Shown one piece after another: positions 1-13,200 of a DNA stretch of 64,000 nt. The notes under the pieces are model-generated. The model was given only the letters and a program-made list of their open reading frames with translations. It had not been told where the DNA came from and did no database searches. Each line of letters starts with the position of its first letter. Position 1 is the first letter of the stretch. This DNA comes from Owenia fusiformis (lineage: Eukaryota), in NCBI GenBank assembly GCA_903813345.2, contig CAIIXF020000001.1:21886001-21950000 (forward strand). Direction: 5' to 3'. The position numbers and the translations under genes are program-made.

Positions 1-750
1 AAATGACAGGCAGTAAACAGCCCTCTGATTATGTTTGCTGATAATACGAAACTCTATAGAGAAGTGAATAACTCAGAGGACTGTAACGAACTACAACAAG
101 ATATAATTTCCCTTGAACTGGACTCAAGAATGGCAACTACAGTATAATAGTGAAAAATGTAAAATATCAAGAATAGGAAGATCTCCCAGTATATAACTAT
201 AGCATGGGCAACAGGGTTCTTCAAGAAACAGAAGGTGAGAAGGACCTGGGAGTAATGGTTACCATAATTTGAAAAATAGCACACAAGTACAGACGTTAGT
301 CAAAAAGGCTAATCAAATACTGGGATTATAAGGTTCAAGGACCTTCCAATTTTTAGATTCCTCCAATATGTTGCTACGTTACAAAGCAATGGTACAACCC
401 CATCTGAAATACGGAAATACAGTTTGGTCTCCATATCTAGTCCAAGACACCGAAGCAGTTAAAGCTGTACAAAGAAGAGCCACAAGATGTATACCAAGCC
501 TGAAACATAAGGATATCCCCAAAGACTGAAAGAGTTAAAATTACCAAAACTTGTATTTAGACGTCTTAGAGGCGATATGATCAAAACATGGAAAATCTTG
601 AATGAAAAGTATGACATACCAATAACCAATATCCTTCCCCTCTCCCAGAACATTGGCAGAACTTGTGGCAATAATATGAGAGTTTCAAAGAAAAAAAATA
701 AGACAATACTGAGACAGGGATTTTTCACCCAGAGAATATGGTGAAATAGG
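1..750 (+). mobile_element. Decayed CR1/L2-type LINE, C-terminal part of ORF2 reverse transcriptase
   Basis: Hand translation across frameshifts gives MFADNTKLYR, EKDLGV, YKAMVQPHLKYGNTVWSPY, VQRRATRCIP and RRLRGDMIKTWKIL, which are typical CR1-group ORF2 motifs. Multiple stops and frameshifts. Confidence 0.85.
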
Positions 751-3276
751 CTAAAAGAAAGTATAATCAAAGGAGCGATCCTTACAACTGGTCGACCTAT
801 ACCGAGCTTGCTGAACAGTTCTCCCAGAAGGCCCAACAAGCCGAATCTGAGTATTGGGATGAGCTGTTCAAGGAGCATGATACACACAGACCAGATAACA
901 TTTGGCAAACTATAAACAAATCTCAAAACAAAAGAAACAAAAAAATAGTCCAGCCTATAATATCTAAAGATGGCAATACCATCTATTCTACATACTAGGG
1001 ACATAGCTCAAGCAATGGTAGCTCAGTATGGAAAACAACAACAACTGGTCCAACAGTTTAGCACATGGTTTGCATTTGTAACCAACAAAGCTACTGAAAT
1101 CATAAATAAAGAAATGGATATCATTGCATCTCCGGATTATAACAACTCATGTGCTCCGGAAAATAAAGACATTGACCTCACTGAGGTAATCTCGGCCATT
1201 CAACAGATTCTACTAAAACGACCCCCAGCCCAAGGGAAAAGATTTTGAGTATTTTCATTAAAAAAGGCGGGAGTACACTTCACAAAGCTCTTTGGTTCTT
1301 ATCCCAAAAATGCTGGGAACAGGGGAGGCTACCATCAGAGTATAAAATAGACCCCAAGATTATGCTCAATAAACCAAACAAACCCAACTACAACTCAGAC
1401 CGAGCCTACCGCCCTATCACACTTGAAACCCTCATAGGGAAAATACTCCAAAGGATCATAAACCCCCGTCTCTCTTAGAAAAATGAAATAACCAATTCAT
1501 ATTCCATTTTCCAGGACGCCTTCAGAGAACATCACTCCTGCTCCCAAACAGTGCTCTGACTAATACAATCCATCCAACAAGCCTGGGGAAGAGGAGAAAC
1601 CATGATTGCCGTAGTCCTGGATTATGAAAGTTGTTTTGAACGAATTTGGCGAGAGGGACTCATATACAAACTGTTTAACAAAGGCATCAAAGGCAGGATG
1701 CTTGTGTATTTACATGAATACCTTAACAACCGACAATTCTCAATCACAACCAATGACTTTACCACACCACTAATGACATCAAAGGTGGGTATTCCTCAGG
1801 GGTCAATTCTCAGTCCATCCCTCTGTAACCTCTACACTGAAGACTCTATGACCTTTGTGAAATCCGCTACAGCAGGATTCGCAGATGATAATATCATGGG
1901 CACATGGTAAAGACATTGATTAGTTATCATCACAAATCAACGAAGACCTTAACCAAATAGCTGTTTCTTGGTGTGGAAAATGGAACATGGAAATTGCCCC
2001 TGAAAAAACTGAAGTTCTAATTTTCACCTCACCAAACAGACCCTCCCCGGTAGTTAACATCCACATCGGCAGAAAAAAGTTGGACATAGTGACACATAAG
2101 GAAATACTTGGATGCACTATCGACACTGAATTAACCTTTAACCAACATATAGACTTGAAAACAAAAGCGGCCTACAAGGCACTTAGAAGTATCTCAAACT
2201 TCACATCTAGCAAGGGAGGATGCAGCCAAGAAGTCTTTACAATGCTCTATAGAGCACTAGTAATGCCTCACTTTGAATCTGGCATCAGCGCTGTCGCATC
2301 AGTAACAGATAAAGCCATAACAGCATTCTCCCCTATACACAGATCAGCACTACTGAAAGGAAAGCCATTGGCTGCATACCATCTACCAGCACTGATACTT
2401 TAGAAATTTTAGCTGGAGTTCCCCCCCCTTGACATAATCCTAAGGGCACGCCAAGCTCAAGAAGCTGTAAGAATTCTTACCCATCACAGATCAGACCCAA
2501 TTACTGACAAATATGAACAATGGGCCCAGTCATCCACGCTAGAACGTAAACCCTCCTGCTTTAACATCCTAGCAGCAAGATTACGACTGTATAACTGCCC
2601 AACCTCTCAGGAGAGTTATTATAAACACATCTACCACAATGAAAACATGGAAACTTTTAATCTACCACCTGTCGAAGTCCATGTTGAGGACTTCAAGAAC
2701 TCTTAACAAACACAGAGTGACAATATTATAGCCACCATACTTTCCTCAAAACCAGATAAAGACACTATAGTATTCACAGATGGTTCATCACTGGGGAACC
2801 CAGGGCCAACAGGGGCAGCAGCAATCATCTACCAACAAGGTCTGTCTTCCTCCCCAATATGCATCAAATCACCAACCTCTAAAATTGGCAACAACTATAT
2901 TGGCGAAATTCATGCATTCATCCACCACAAGCCCCGATATTACACTACTATCAGATAGTCAACCGACAATAATATCAGCCTTCTTAACCACTAACTTAAA
3001 AGGAATTACAACTGATAAACTCGAAATTCGCAAAGCCTGTAAAACCCTTATACATAAACATAAGACCATCAAAGTCTACTGGGTACCTGGACACCAGGGC
3101 ACAGAAGGCAACGAACTTGCAGATAAGATGGCCAAGCAGGCAGCTGAAAATGCCAAACAGCTCACGGAGATCAACATCACAAAGGCTACAGCTTATGATA
3201 AGATTAAAAATGGCTGCACCCACAAATGGCAGTCCAGATTTAAGAACTCTAGTAAAGTGAGAACAATTACAGAAGC

Positions 3277-3874
3277 TGTAAAAAAACGGGTGACCAGGTA
3301 ACTGGGTAGCCGGGTGACCATGTACCTAACAATCCCAGCAGGGTTGGGAATTTGATTTTTTTCATTGAATGGCCTAAAACGTGCCACTGAAAAATCCAAG
3401 CAACCAACCATCCTTGTCCTCCTTTAACTCAATGGACAAGCCATCCAACCAATCAAGCAAACGACTAAATAACCAAGCAACAACTTAATCTACCAATAAG
3501 CCAACCGACCAGCAAACAAATCATCAACAATACCCTGTCAATCACTCAGGCAATAAAACAAGCAACCAACATCATAAGTCATACATCGTACGTCAATTGA
3601 CAGATAAAAACATTCAATTATTAAAATTTCAAGATACGTGCGTATATCTTCCAGATTTGTTTAATATCTAGTAGAAATCGCCATCATAGGAAACAATCAT
3701 CAACATCTTGTCAATCACTCACTTGTAGGCAATAAAGTATGTGGCAACTAACATGACTAACGTCATATTATATTAAATGATAAACGGCAGTAAATGTTTC
3801 AATATATGCGTGGGCAAATTCTGCAAGGAACGTTAGGTACCCGGTCACCCGGCTAGCTACCCGTTTTTTTTACA
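3277..3874. mobile_element. Non-autonomous TIR element (MITE) inside the LINE
   Basis: Ends TGTAAAAAAAACGGGT ... ACCCGTTTTTTTTACA, with inverted subterminal CCGGGTGACC / GGTCACCCGG. No clear TSD. Confidence 0.7.
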
Positions 3875-3956
3875 CAAACCCAGCGCTGCATCGCTATCTG
3901 CAAAATACCAAAAGATTTTAAGCAAACAAAATAAGAAAGAGACAGTGACTTTATAC

Positions 3957-4737
3957 TAGAGTCCATTTCACTGCTTCATTTCGTCAGTAGAACGGCAAAA
4001 ATAAGAAATTGGGAGACCATTGTGTAATAATATATGGAAAAGTATATTCATAATGTACATGAATGACATTTGTATATTTCAGATTTTTTAGTTTTTTGTG
4101 CAATAAGCCTGTGCCGTCTTGTAATTTGAAGAATTTCAGCCATGTTAATCTTATTGAAAATAACATGGCAGAGAAACATCCAAATATAAGAGGCCACACA
4201 ATTTATAAGCCAAACTAGAAGCAATCTACCCTTTGCATTCGTTTGACTTCACTTCTTAAAAGAGAGCTTCGTCTTCACTCTTTCAAACTAAAATAAACCT
4301 GTGAACTCACCGCGCCAATCAGTGTTCGTCGGCCAAATTTGACCGACGTTCTATATATGGTCATTCCTTCTGACGTCATCGTTGAGCCCGGAATTGACCA
4401 ATGACACGCGCATATTTAATTAGAACGCATTTGGCTTATGTTTCTTCAAGCTCGCTGATTGGTGGTAGAAAGTCAGCGCTTAGGTCAGAAGTGATTTATT
4501 ACCCAAACTGTCACCGGTACCCGTCGTGGGGGCGGGGCTACTAAACTGTAACATGGTCTCTACTAGGCAGAGTGTAGTTTAACTAGACTCTGCACGCAGG
4601 GTAGAAGCAATCCAAGATATACAAATGTCATTCATGTACATTATGAATATACTTTTCCATATATTATTGCACAATGGTCTCCCAATTTCTTATTTTTGCC
4701 GTTCTACTGACGAAATGAAGCAGTGAAATGGACTCTA
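3957..4737. mobile_element. MITE with ~120-bp near-perfect TIRs, TA-flanked
   Basis: 3957-4078 (TAGAGTCCATTTCACTGCTTCATTTCGTCAG...) is the reverse complement of ~4617-4737 with very few mismatches. Confidence 0.85.
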
Positions 4738-5553
4738 AACTCATGAGATAGTGACTCTTCTACAACCTAATACTGGATTTAACTACCAGGTGAAATAATT
4801 TGTTCTTAGCGCTCTCTCTCCAACTTAGTAAAGTATAAGTGAAAAGTACCCAAAGGCAGCATTATAGTGCCAATAGTGTCACACGGACACTAAAAGGATC
4901 AAGAAGAAGAAACCGAGCACACATTATGGGGGTACTGTGTATGTAGCTTGGCCAATCACAAGTGAAAGTCCATCAAGCCATTACAAGTGTTTTTGTCTTG
5001 ATAGATCTAATTGGTTAATTACGAAGCATAAATATGAAATGAGCGTGTGAAATTCGAATCAGTGACTGTCCAAAATTGGAAAATGAAATCGACTTCTAAA
5101 GATGCAAATAATATAAAGTATTTGGTTATGGTGTTTCTGTAGTTTGAGTATCATCGGAAAAAATGCATAAACTTAGTTTTACCTCAATATTAATCGTTAC
5201 TTACGCTCTGCTTTCGATATATTCTTGACATCAAAAGTTTTCAAAAATCCAAATGTGTAGTTTCTCTTTTAGAACATTTAGATTACACTAGATTATATTT
5301 CGCTATAGCGAGTTGATGGACCGATCATTCTGTAACATGCCTTTGGTTTTCAAAATTGTAGGCAGAATTCCCACTACATTTTTATCACAAACATTTGTCA
5401 GTAACATAATTGAGTGCAGTACCGCTACCAGTGTTCATGTAATACGTGTTTTTGAAACTAAGAACTGATCATATTGATAACCAAAACATTTAAAAATCAT
5501 TTGAATAATACATGAATTGATAATATAACATTAAATTACTCAAACATGCCAAA

Positions 5554-5755
5554 GGATGAGTTGTCCAGGGGATGAGTTGTCTTGGGGATGAGTTGTCCAG
5601 GGGATGAGTTGCCTAGAGGATGAGTTGTCTAGGGGATGAGTTGTCCAGGGGATGAGTTGTCTAGGGGATGAGTTGTCCAGGGGATGAGTTGTCCAGGGGA
5701 TGAGTTGTCCAGGGGATGAGTTGCAGGGATGAGTCTTCTAGGGGATGAGTTGTCC
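5554..5755. repeat. 16-bp minisatellite (GGATGAGTTGTCCAGG), about 13 copies
   Basis: Directly visible tandem units with few variants and no spacers. Confidence 0.95.
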
Positions 5756-7225
5756 GATTACCATATTTTTTAGTGTGAAGAAATGCCCAAAAATCTCTTT
5801 AAAAATGCACTGATGGATCTAGAAGCTAACAAGGGGGATGGGAGGCACGTTTTAGGTCAGAAATTTTTGCACATTTGTGCCCTGATTACCTAAATTAAAA
5901 TATGACTCAAAAAAGCCAAGTTATGCCCAAAAAGGCTCACTTATTAAGGCCCTGCAAAATATCTTACCCCATTAAAATATCTTTGATCTCTGTACAAATG
6001 TCTGAAGGCATCTCAATACTTCCCTATTTGTTTTATAATCCAGGCTTGTGAGGTCCTATTCCACAATGTATCATCTCAGCATTTTTTATCTTTATTGATT
6101 GGGTGCCTCCAATAATCAAGGTTAAATTTATTCTAGATTCTTTACATATTGAACTCTGCATAGTTGTGGTCTATGCTGATATATTTGAATCATAAATGGT
6201 AGGGATCATACATGTATTTATCAGATTTGAATTGCTGATTCAATGTAACAACTAAGAATTGATAAAAACATGACATACTACTAGATAATGTGGTGGCATT
6301 AAGGCTCTTTGGTGTTCTTTTGGGGCGATCTGAGGAGGTTGTCATTGCCAATTGTCTCAGTTCTCAAAGTAGATGTTTTGTTCACCACATCTGATTCACA
6401 CATATGGGCAGGACATTCTGACATTAGACTTTGATTGAAGAGTAAGGTCCAACTTACATGACTTATATGATAGTTGCTGCATTAATATTCCTTCAAAGAA
6501 ATAATATTAATTACTGTAGGTTCCCATTTGATCAAATGGTTTGCCCCTATCCTTACCAATAATCTATAGCATGTCACTCTCCTGGAGTTGATCTCATATT
6601 GATTTGAGTGGAATATAAATAACATGATAAATATAAACTGTATATAAACAATAATTTATTGCTTTTTCAACTGCACCAACCTTTGGTCAGCATTCATAAC
6701 ATTTTCATTCAGATATCAAATAACATCCTCATGCATCTATTAAACCCTAATCCAACTAAAAATATCACCTCATTATGTGAATGTTTTATAGAACTTTCTG
6801 ATTTAACCATAGGCCTACCCTCTATCTTACTTCAGATTCCAGTATTAGCCATGTTGTTAACAAAATTGAAAAGTTCAAATTGGCCAAAAAAGGTGGCAAG
6901 ATATGTAGTATGATTCATAACTCAACATGACCATTGAATTTTACATCATCATAGTTAAAATTCCAAACTCAGTTGGAGATGAGGTTTTGGTAAAATTATA
7001 GGTGATGCATATGCCGTAAAGGCATGTTTTTCTCAATAATATATGAACAGTACATAATTCTCAATTAAAGTCTTCTTTATACATGTATTTTTCCTACATG
7101 TAGCTGGTACGACATCATGAAAGGTTCTCCACTGGAAATTGTAAACATTAGTAGTACTTTACTAATACACCATTTTCACGTATTTCCCTCATCTCATTCA
7201 CATCCACTTGTAAGTTAACTATTCA

Positions 7226-10200
7226 CTAGAAATCATCATCATTGGTATATTTTCCTTTCTTTCCTTTCTTTTTTCCTTTTTTAGTCTTAGGAGCCTCAGC
7301 AACTGGTGCTGGTTCATTGTCAAGTCTTAAAGCATGCCCAGTTTGCTTGAGGTGTTGGAATAGTTTACTTTTAGAGGGAAATGTACGTTTACATGTGTTA
7401 CAGTTTGCAGGTACTCCCTTCATCTCCTGCAAAATAGATTGGAAACACTGATCAATTTCACTGCAAGTCGTGACCTGTTTGTATACTGCAGTAGTAAACC
7501 GCAAGTTGTATTATAATAGCTCATTCTTTGTATCATGTTTGTAAATGAATGAGTGAATGGTATTTTTGCAAGAATGTGATGGTGTGATAACAAATAATTT
7601 GAAATATAGTTTTACATTGTAACAGATATACATAAACAATATCAGTAGATAGTAGAAACATACAATCGAAGAAACTTGGATAAATACTTGTACGTGATAT
7701 TGTATTTACAATTTTAACATTTGAATTTTGCATTACAGATTAAAAACCCATTTGGCTAAGTATTAGTAATAATTATGTTATTTGTTTTTATTTGTCTGTT
7801 ACTGGTTTATCGGTTGAAAGTCAGATGTTGATAAGGTACTTTCAAAAATATACTAAACAATGCAATTAGACAAACAGAGTGTCTTATGCATTTCTAGGGG
7901 TAAGGTATAGTAGAGTGGAGACCATTCTGATTATCAGCACATGTTTGTGAAGGATGTGACATGATTTAACATAACAGATAATAACAATTAAACAAACATA
8001 AGAGTCAGGAATTATACAACAACCTGAAGCAACTCACCTGATTTTGTGACTGCTTTTTATTTTTACTTTTTGGTATATCAGTTTTATCATTTGTGTTATC
8101 TTCTTTTGATGCTATATCTTCATCTTTTGTATTCTTTTGAGTAGTATCTGTTGTTTCAGATGCTTCAGTGTTTATTTCTGGAGATTCCACTTCAGTTCCT
8201 TTACTTTCCTACAATTGTTGAGTTTGATATTATTCAAAGCATAACGCATTAAATCAGATTATCTTATACAAGACATACAAAATGTCACCACTTGCCATTT
8301 GTTACAGATGCCGAACGATGACTGCAGTACACCATCAACAAAAAAGTTGGAGACTATAACAATATGTCACCACTTCTGCCGACAATTCTCTGACAAATGT
8401 TAGTTGAAAAATGCATCTTTTTATTCTAATGATCTGAGACATATTAATATGTTTAATCCATAAAACAAACTATTAGTCAATGCTGTACCAAGTGATATAC
8501 ATGTACAAGTTGTATGTAATACTTTAAGACTGTGTAAAATACAGGCACACGCACATACCTCTAGATTTTCATTAAGATCTCCATTAATAACAGCTTGTGT
8601 AACATCAGGAGTGACTCTATCATTATCTGCATCATTGCTATCTTTGGTGGTTGGTTTCACTTCAGAATGGCTCTCTTCTAGACTAACAGATTCAATACCG
8701 TTCACTACTTCTTCATCAGACTCCTCCTTCTACAATACAATATCTTCATCAATAACTTAACTATTTCAACTCATGCGGTTGCTTTATCTTACCACAACAC
8801 AATTTCACCTCCTTGTTTCAAATACAAAAAAATGTTTCTTTTGATTGAAAAAACACTTTACAGAGTTATGGCTTTTTTTACTAATTTGATTATAAGTTCA
8901 ATTAATTTATCTCAGAATTTCTATATAATGTGCAGTAAGCCTGTATATTCCTAAACCTCTCTTATCTGAACACCTCTCAATGTGAATACTTTTTTTCATT
9001 CCCATTTTTTTATCTGCCATACACACTGTCATAAAAACCTCAAAATGTGAACATTTTTTGCCAGTCCCAGTGGGGCTAAGATCAAATCCAACAAATCCCT
9101 ATTAGTGTTTAAAACACCCAGAGGGCATGTGTTGCAGTGAGACAGAAATGATTAATATCTCTAACGACATCTTGACATTCCTTCCAACTGCTTTATTGGT
9201 GTTTTGAAGGAGCTACTTGTCAAAAATCCCAAACTTCAGTTTACCTGTTGTGCAAACTTTGCCATTTGCTTTTGCTTCTTCTTTTGTTTCTTAGACTTTC
9301 TGAAACATAAAATAAAACAAATAAACACCAATCAAGAAAAATAATTGTTTATAGTTGAATGGCCTCACTCATGTATCTTGCAAATCACAAATTCAAAATG
9401 TGCAATTATGTTATTATTGATATCAATGACTGATATTTATAAATAAAAATACACAGATAATACAGAATGCATGGAGTTTAAATACTATACTATGAATCAA
9501 AGAATTCAGAATGTACTTACTTCGATTTAGATGGTGTCTGTTGAACTGTTGTCTCATCTTCACTGGAGCCTATAGCAAAGTCGACATTGTCTGTTGCATC
9601 CAGATCATCACCTAGTGCATCATCTATATCATCATCTTCATTAGCACCTAGCTGATTTTCCTCCTCTGCCATATGAGCTTTAAGGAATGCTATGTTTTCT
9701 TTATGTTTCTTAGATCGCTCATGGTTTGCAAACCTGGAGTAACAAGACAGGGTAAACAATATAGAAGCAAACAAGTTATTAACGTGCAAATCTCACTACA
9801 TGCCATTTGTTACAGACACCTTCCTTCATTGCGTCATCAGCAGGCATCTCAGATCATACACATTTCACCCCTTAACCTGAATGCATAATTTGAGTGGGGC
9901 AGTGATGGTTTGAACTTTGGCATCACTCGCTGAAGGAATCAACTTGTCTTTCCTCTTGAACTTTTTAGTGTTCTTTGGTAAAATAAAGACTTACTTTTTA
10001 ACAGCCTAATATTTTCAATGCATTGATAAGTACTCAATCGTTCATTTAATATCAAATGTAGAAGCATACAATGTGCTGAGAAAACTACAATTTTCTTAGA
10101 GATACTATAATGTGTTGAGAAAAACAACAATATTCCGAGAGAATCTGGAATATTGCAATACACTTACGCTTTGTCTGATTTGAATGCTTTATTACATGCC

Positions 10201-13200
10201 ACACAGAACAGGTCATCAAGCACTTCTTCCTCTTCTTCTTCCTCACTATCTGAAATGTCATGTGACTTCAAATGTAATGATGAAATCAAAAACAGAAGAC
10301 ACAATTTACAATATTTTTAAGATTTGTGATTTATTTGTATAATGATTCAAAAAAGTACTTGTATAGTAATTCATAGTGCAAACCATGTAGAATATAATAT
10401 GAAATATACAAATATTTAATAGAAATAATGTGATTGCCATGTGACTCAAATAAACCAATATAACAGAAACACTAACAGAATATTACATATGCATAACACA
10501 TTAATGTGACATCTAATATTGATAATATGACATCGCACAAAAAACAGGATGTCACATTTTGGTAACGACAACAAAAATATAAACATAATCACACGTCACA
10601 ACATACCATATTCTGGCGTTTCATCCCCATGAGTGTCAACTAACTGAGCCTCTAACTTCTCAAGGTCATTTTCGGATGTTGCGCTCCAATCTGCTTGCTT
10701 AAATGATTTCATATTCCTGCAGAATAATATAGTATTTACTGAATGTCTTACTAAGTTGTGATTTTATCAATATTTATAAAATAGATAACAGCAAGTCATA
10801 GCAAATTCCATCATACATTTTTTAAATGGTACTCCCAGCATACTCATGTTTAGGTAATTTGATGATTTGTATTAGTATACAAATAATGTTTTATGAAGAC
10901 TTTACAAGTTCTTATTTACTCTCCTGAAAATAGCACCCAATTTATTGGTGCACTGTTAAACTGAAATCCCCAGAGGACTTTTAATAATTCACAGTAAGGA
11001 CTCACTCAAGTCTTTCTCTCTTGTCTCTCTGCCTTTTCTCTTCTGCCAATTTCTTAACCTCTTCTGCTCTGGCCTCTAACCTTTTCTGCAGGGAGAAGAC
11101 AAAAAAGGAATACATAATAATGTTTTATTAAAGGTGGTGTGAAATGCCCTATTTAGGGTTTAACAGTGCTTTAAGTAAATAAGTATTATATACCAGAACA
11201 TCAAGATATTGACAAATATGGCATCTCTCATTTCCACTTGATCATCAAGTGCTTTATTCTCTAGTATGTCAGAATACATGTAGAAACGAGTTACAATATA
11301 ATACTGTACTCCGGGTAAATTTCAACGCTATAAAATTTCGCGATTTTTCAAAATTGCAATTTCGCGGCTGTTTAATTTCGCGGATTGAAGTTCATGACAT
11401 TTCGCAGATTGCACAAGTTGAATTTTTTTCCGATTACCGTGAATCAATGCGGGCTATTTTAGCCCATTCAGAATCCAAATAATGTTTGTATTTCCCACGT
11501 TTAGAGCATTTATTTGAATATTCTTGAATGGCTTTTTCAACTTCAATTAGTAAGATATCATTGTCGTCAACAGTTCTTACCTTTGTTGGCCTAATAAGCC
11601 AATTCAAAATGTTTTTAGGCCTTCGCCCAACAACACTGGAAGAAACGTTTCACACTGAAAAAAACATATCAAAAGGCCCGGGTCAAAGCCCGGGGATTTA
11701 AGACAAATTTTGCGACGATAAATGTTCGCAATTTTATTACATTCGCGAACAAAGCGAAATTAAATCGCACGCGAACATTACCCGGAGTACAGTAGTACAA
11801 TTTAGTGTACACAGGAGAGAAAATTGGCCCATGTAGGGCGTAGGCAATGCACCACCTAAAATTAGTCTATTCTTGAGATTTTGATTAATATATTAGTGTA
11901 AAAAAGGTTGACCAACATACCCTATGCGCTTGAACTCTTTTGTCTCTCTTCCTCACAAATGCAACAAGTGCCTAAAATGGTAAGACCAAAAGGAATAATG
12001 TACAATGTACATCAATATTTCAGTGTACAACTAAAACATACATGTTATGTACCTGGCTTGAACATCAGAACTTTTCACAAAGGGATAACAAATGTGTTTT
12101 TAAGTGATTTATAATGAGTAAATGAATTTTTTCTTGAAATACTTTATCAAGAAATGGGTTGTACCTCCCTTTATTCATACTGTAGAGCATAACTTGCATT
12201 TTCTATTCCTGAATGTATTTTACAACTGATAATTTCTAAATCAAATTTTCATCATGATTCTATCTTTAATCATTCTTCACCTCTCATCTGTATATTTGCA
12301 ACACTTACTCGAACTTCTTCATTTCTCTCCTTCTTGGCTGCATCTCTAAGTTTTTTATTCTCCGCCTCAGAAGCTCTACGACTCCATCTATCTGGTGCCT
12401 CTCTGGTGTCGTATTTCTCCTTCCAAACATAGGACTTTGCCGTACAATAGGATTCCCAATAACCATAGAATGGTCCAACCACCTGAAACATATTAATGAT
12501 ATGATATTAGAGAAAATGAATAATAAGTAAAAACTAGGATTTAGATAAGAGGTCCTCATGTCTTAAACCCTAGTTTTTAGTCCTCAGAGGACTAAACAGA
12601 TTTCACATATAAACCCACATTTTTGTTTTCTAGAGAACATTTTGTGAACTGTCTGTCTAATATTATATTCAACTTTGACTAAATATAACATTTACAAATG
12701 GAGTAAAAATAGGTTATCAACCTACTGTTAGCAAAAAGTGAGAAAATATGATCCATTAGGCAAAAAAGTATATGAATATTAATTAAACAGATGATACCTC
12801 TTCATAAGAGCTGAGATTGTCCCCAAAGCCAGGCAGTTCTGATATACTGTTTCTGTCATCTCCCATAAAGGCATAATCTTCTTCAGCAATCTGTGCAAAC
12901 ACTTCACGATAGACAGCATAGAAGCCACTGTCATCATCCCCATATCCTTGGTAGCAAGCTGTGTTGAAGTATTGATAGACATCCACCTTCTTATCTTGAT
13001 AATCCTCACCATGTCCCATACCTAGAAAGTTAAATATGGAATTCATATGAGAAATAGTTCAAACTTACTCTTATTAAGAAATAGACCAAATGTGACTAGA
13101 TCAACCATCACAGTTTTAATTAATTTAAAAAAAATAAGTCTGTAAAGTTGAGTTTACTTCCATACTGTAATACCGGTGTATTAATTTTAAGAAGGGGTAA

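Larger units (their letters stand above)
850..4911 (+). mobile_element. Decayed RNase H-containing LINE (I-group/Ingi/Nimb-like), interrupted by two TIR elements
   Basis: RT motifs YRPITL, GIPQGSILSP, FADD in ORFs 1245-2403. RNase H motifs IVFTDGSSLGNPG (~2767) and VYWVPGHQGTEGNELADKMAK (~3075). ORF-end-like LHRYLQNTKRF* at ~3885-3921 and an AAGAAGAAGAAA tail near 4900-4911. Ends approximate. Confidence 0.8.

Noticed and set aside
459-1004. 181-aa hydrophobic minus-strand ORF
   Set aside because: Antisense to A-rich LINE relics; a compositional artefact.
5554-5755. CRISPR or telomeric repeat
   Set aside because: Spacer-less 16-bp minisatellite that does not match TTAGGG-type units.
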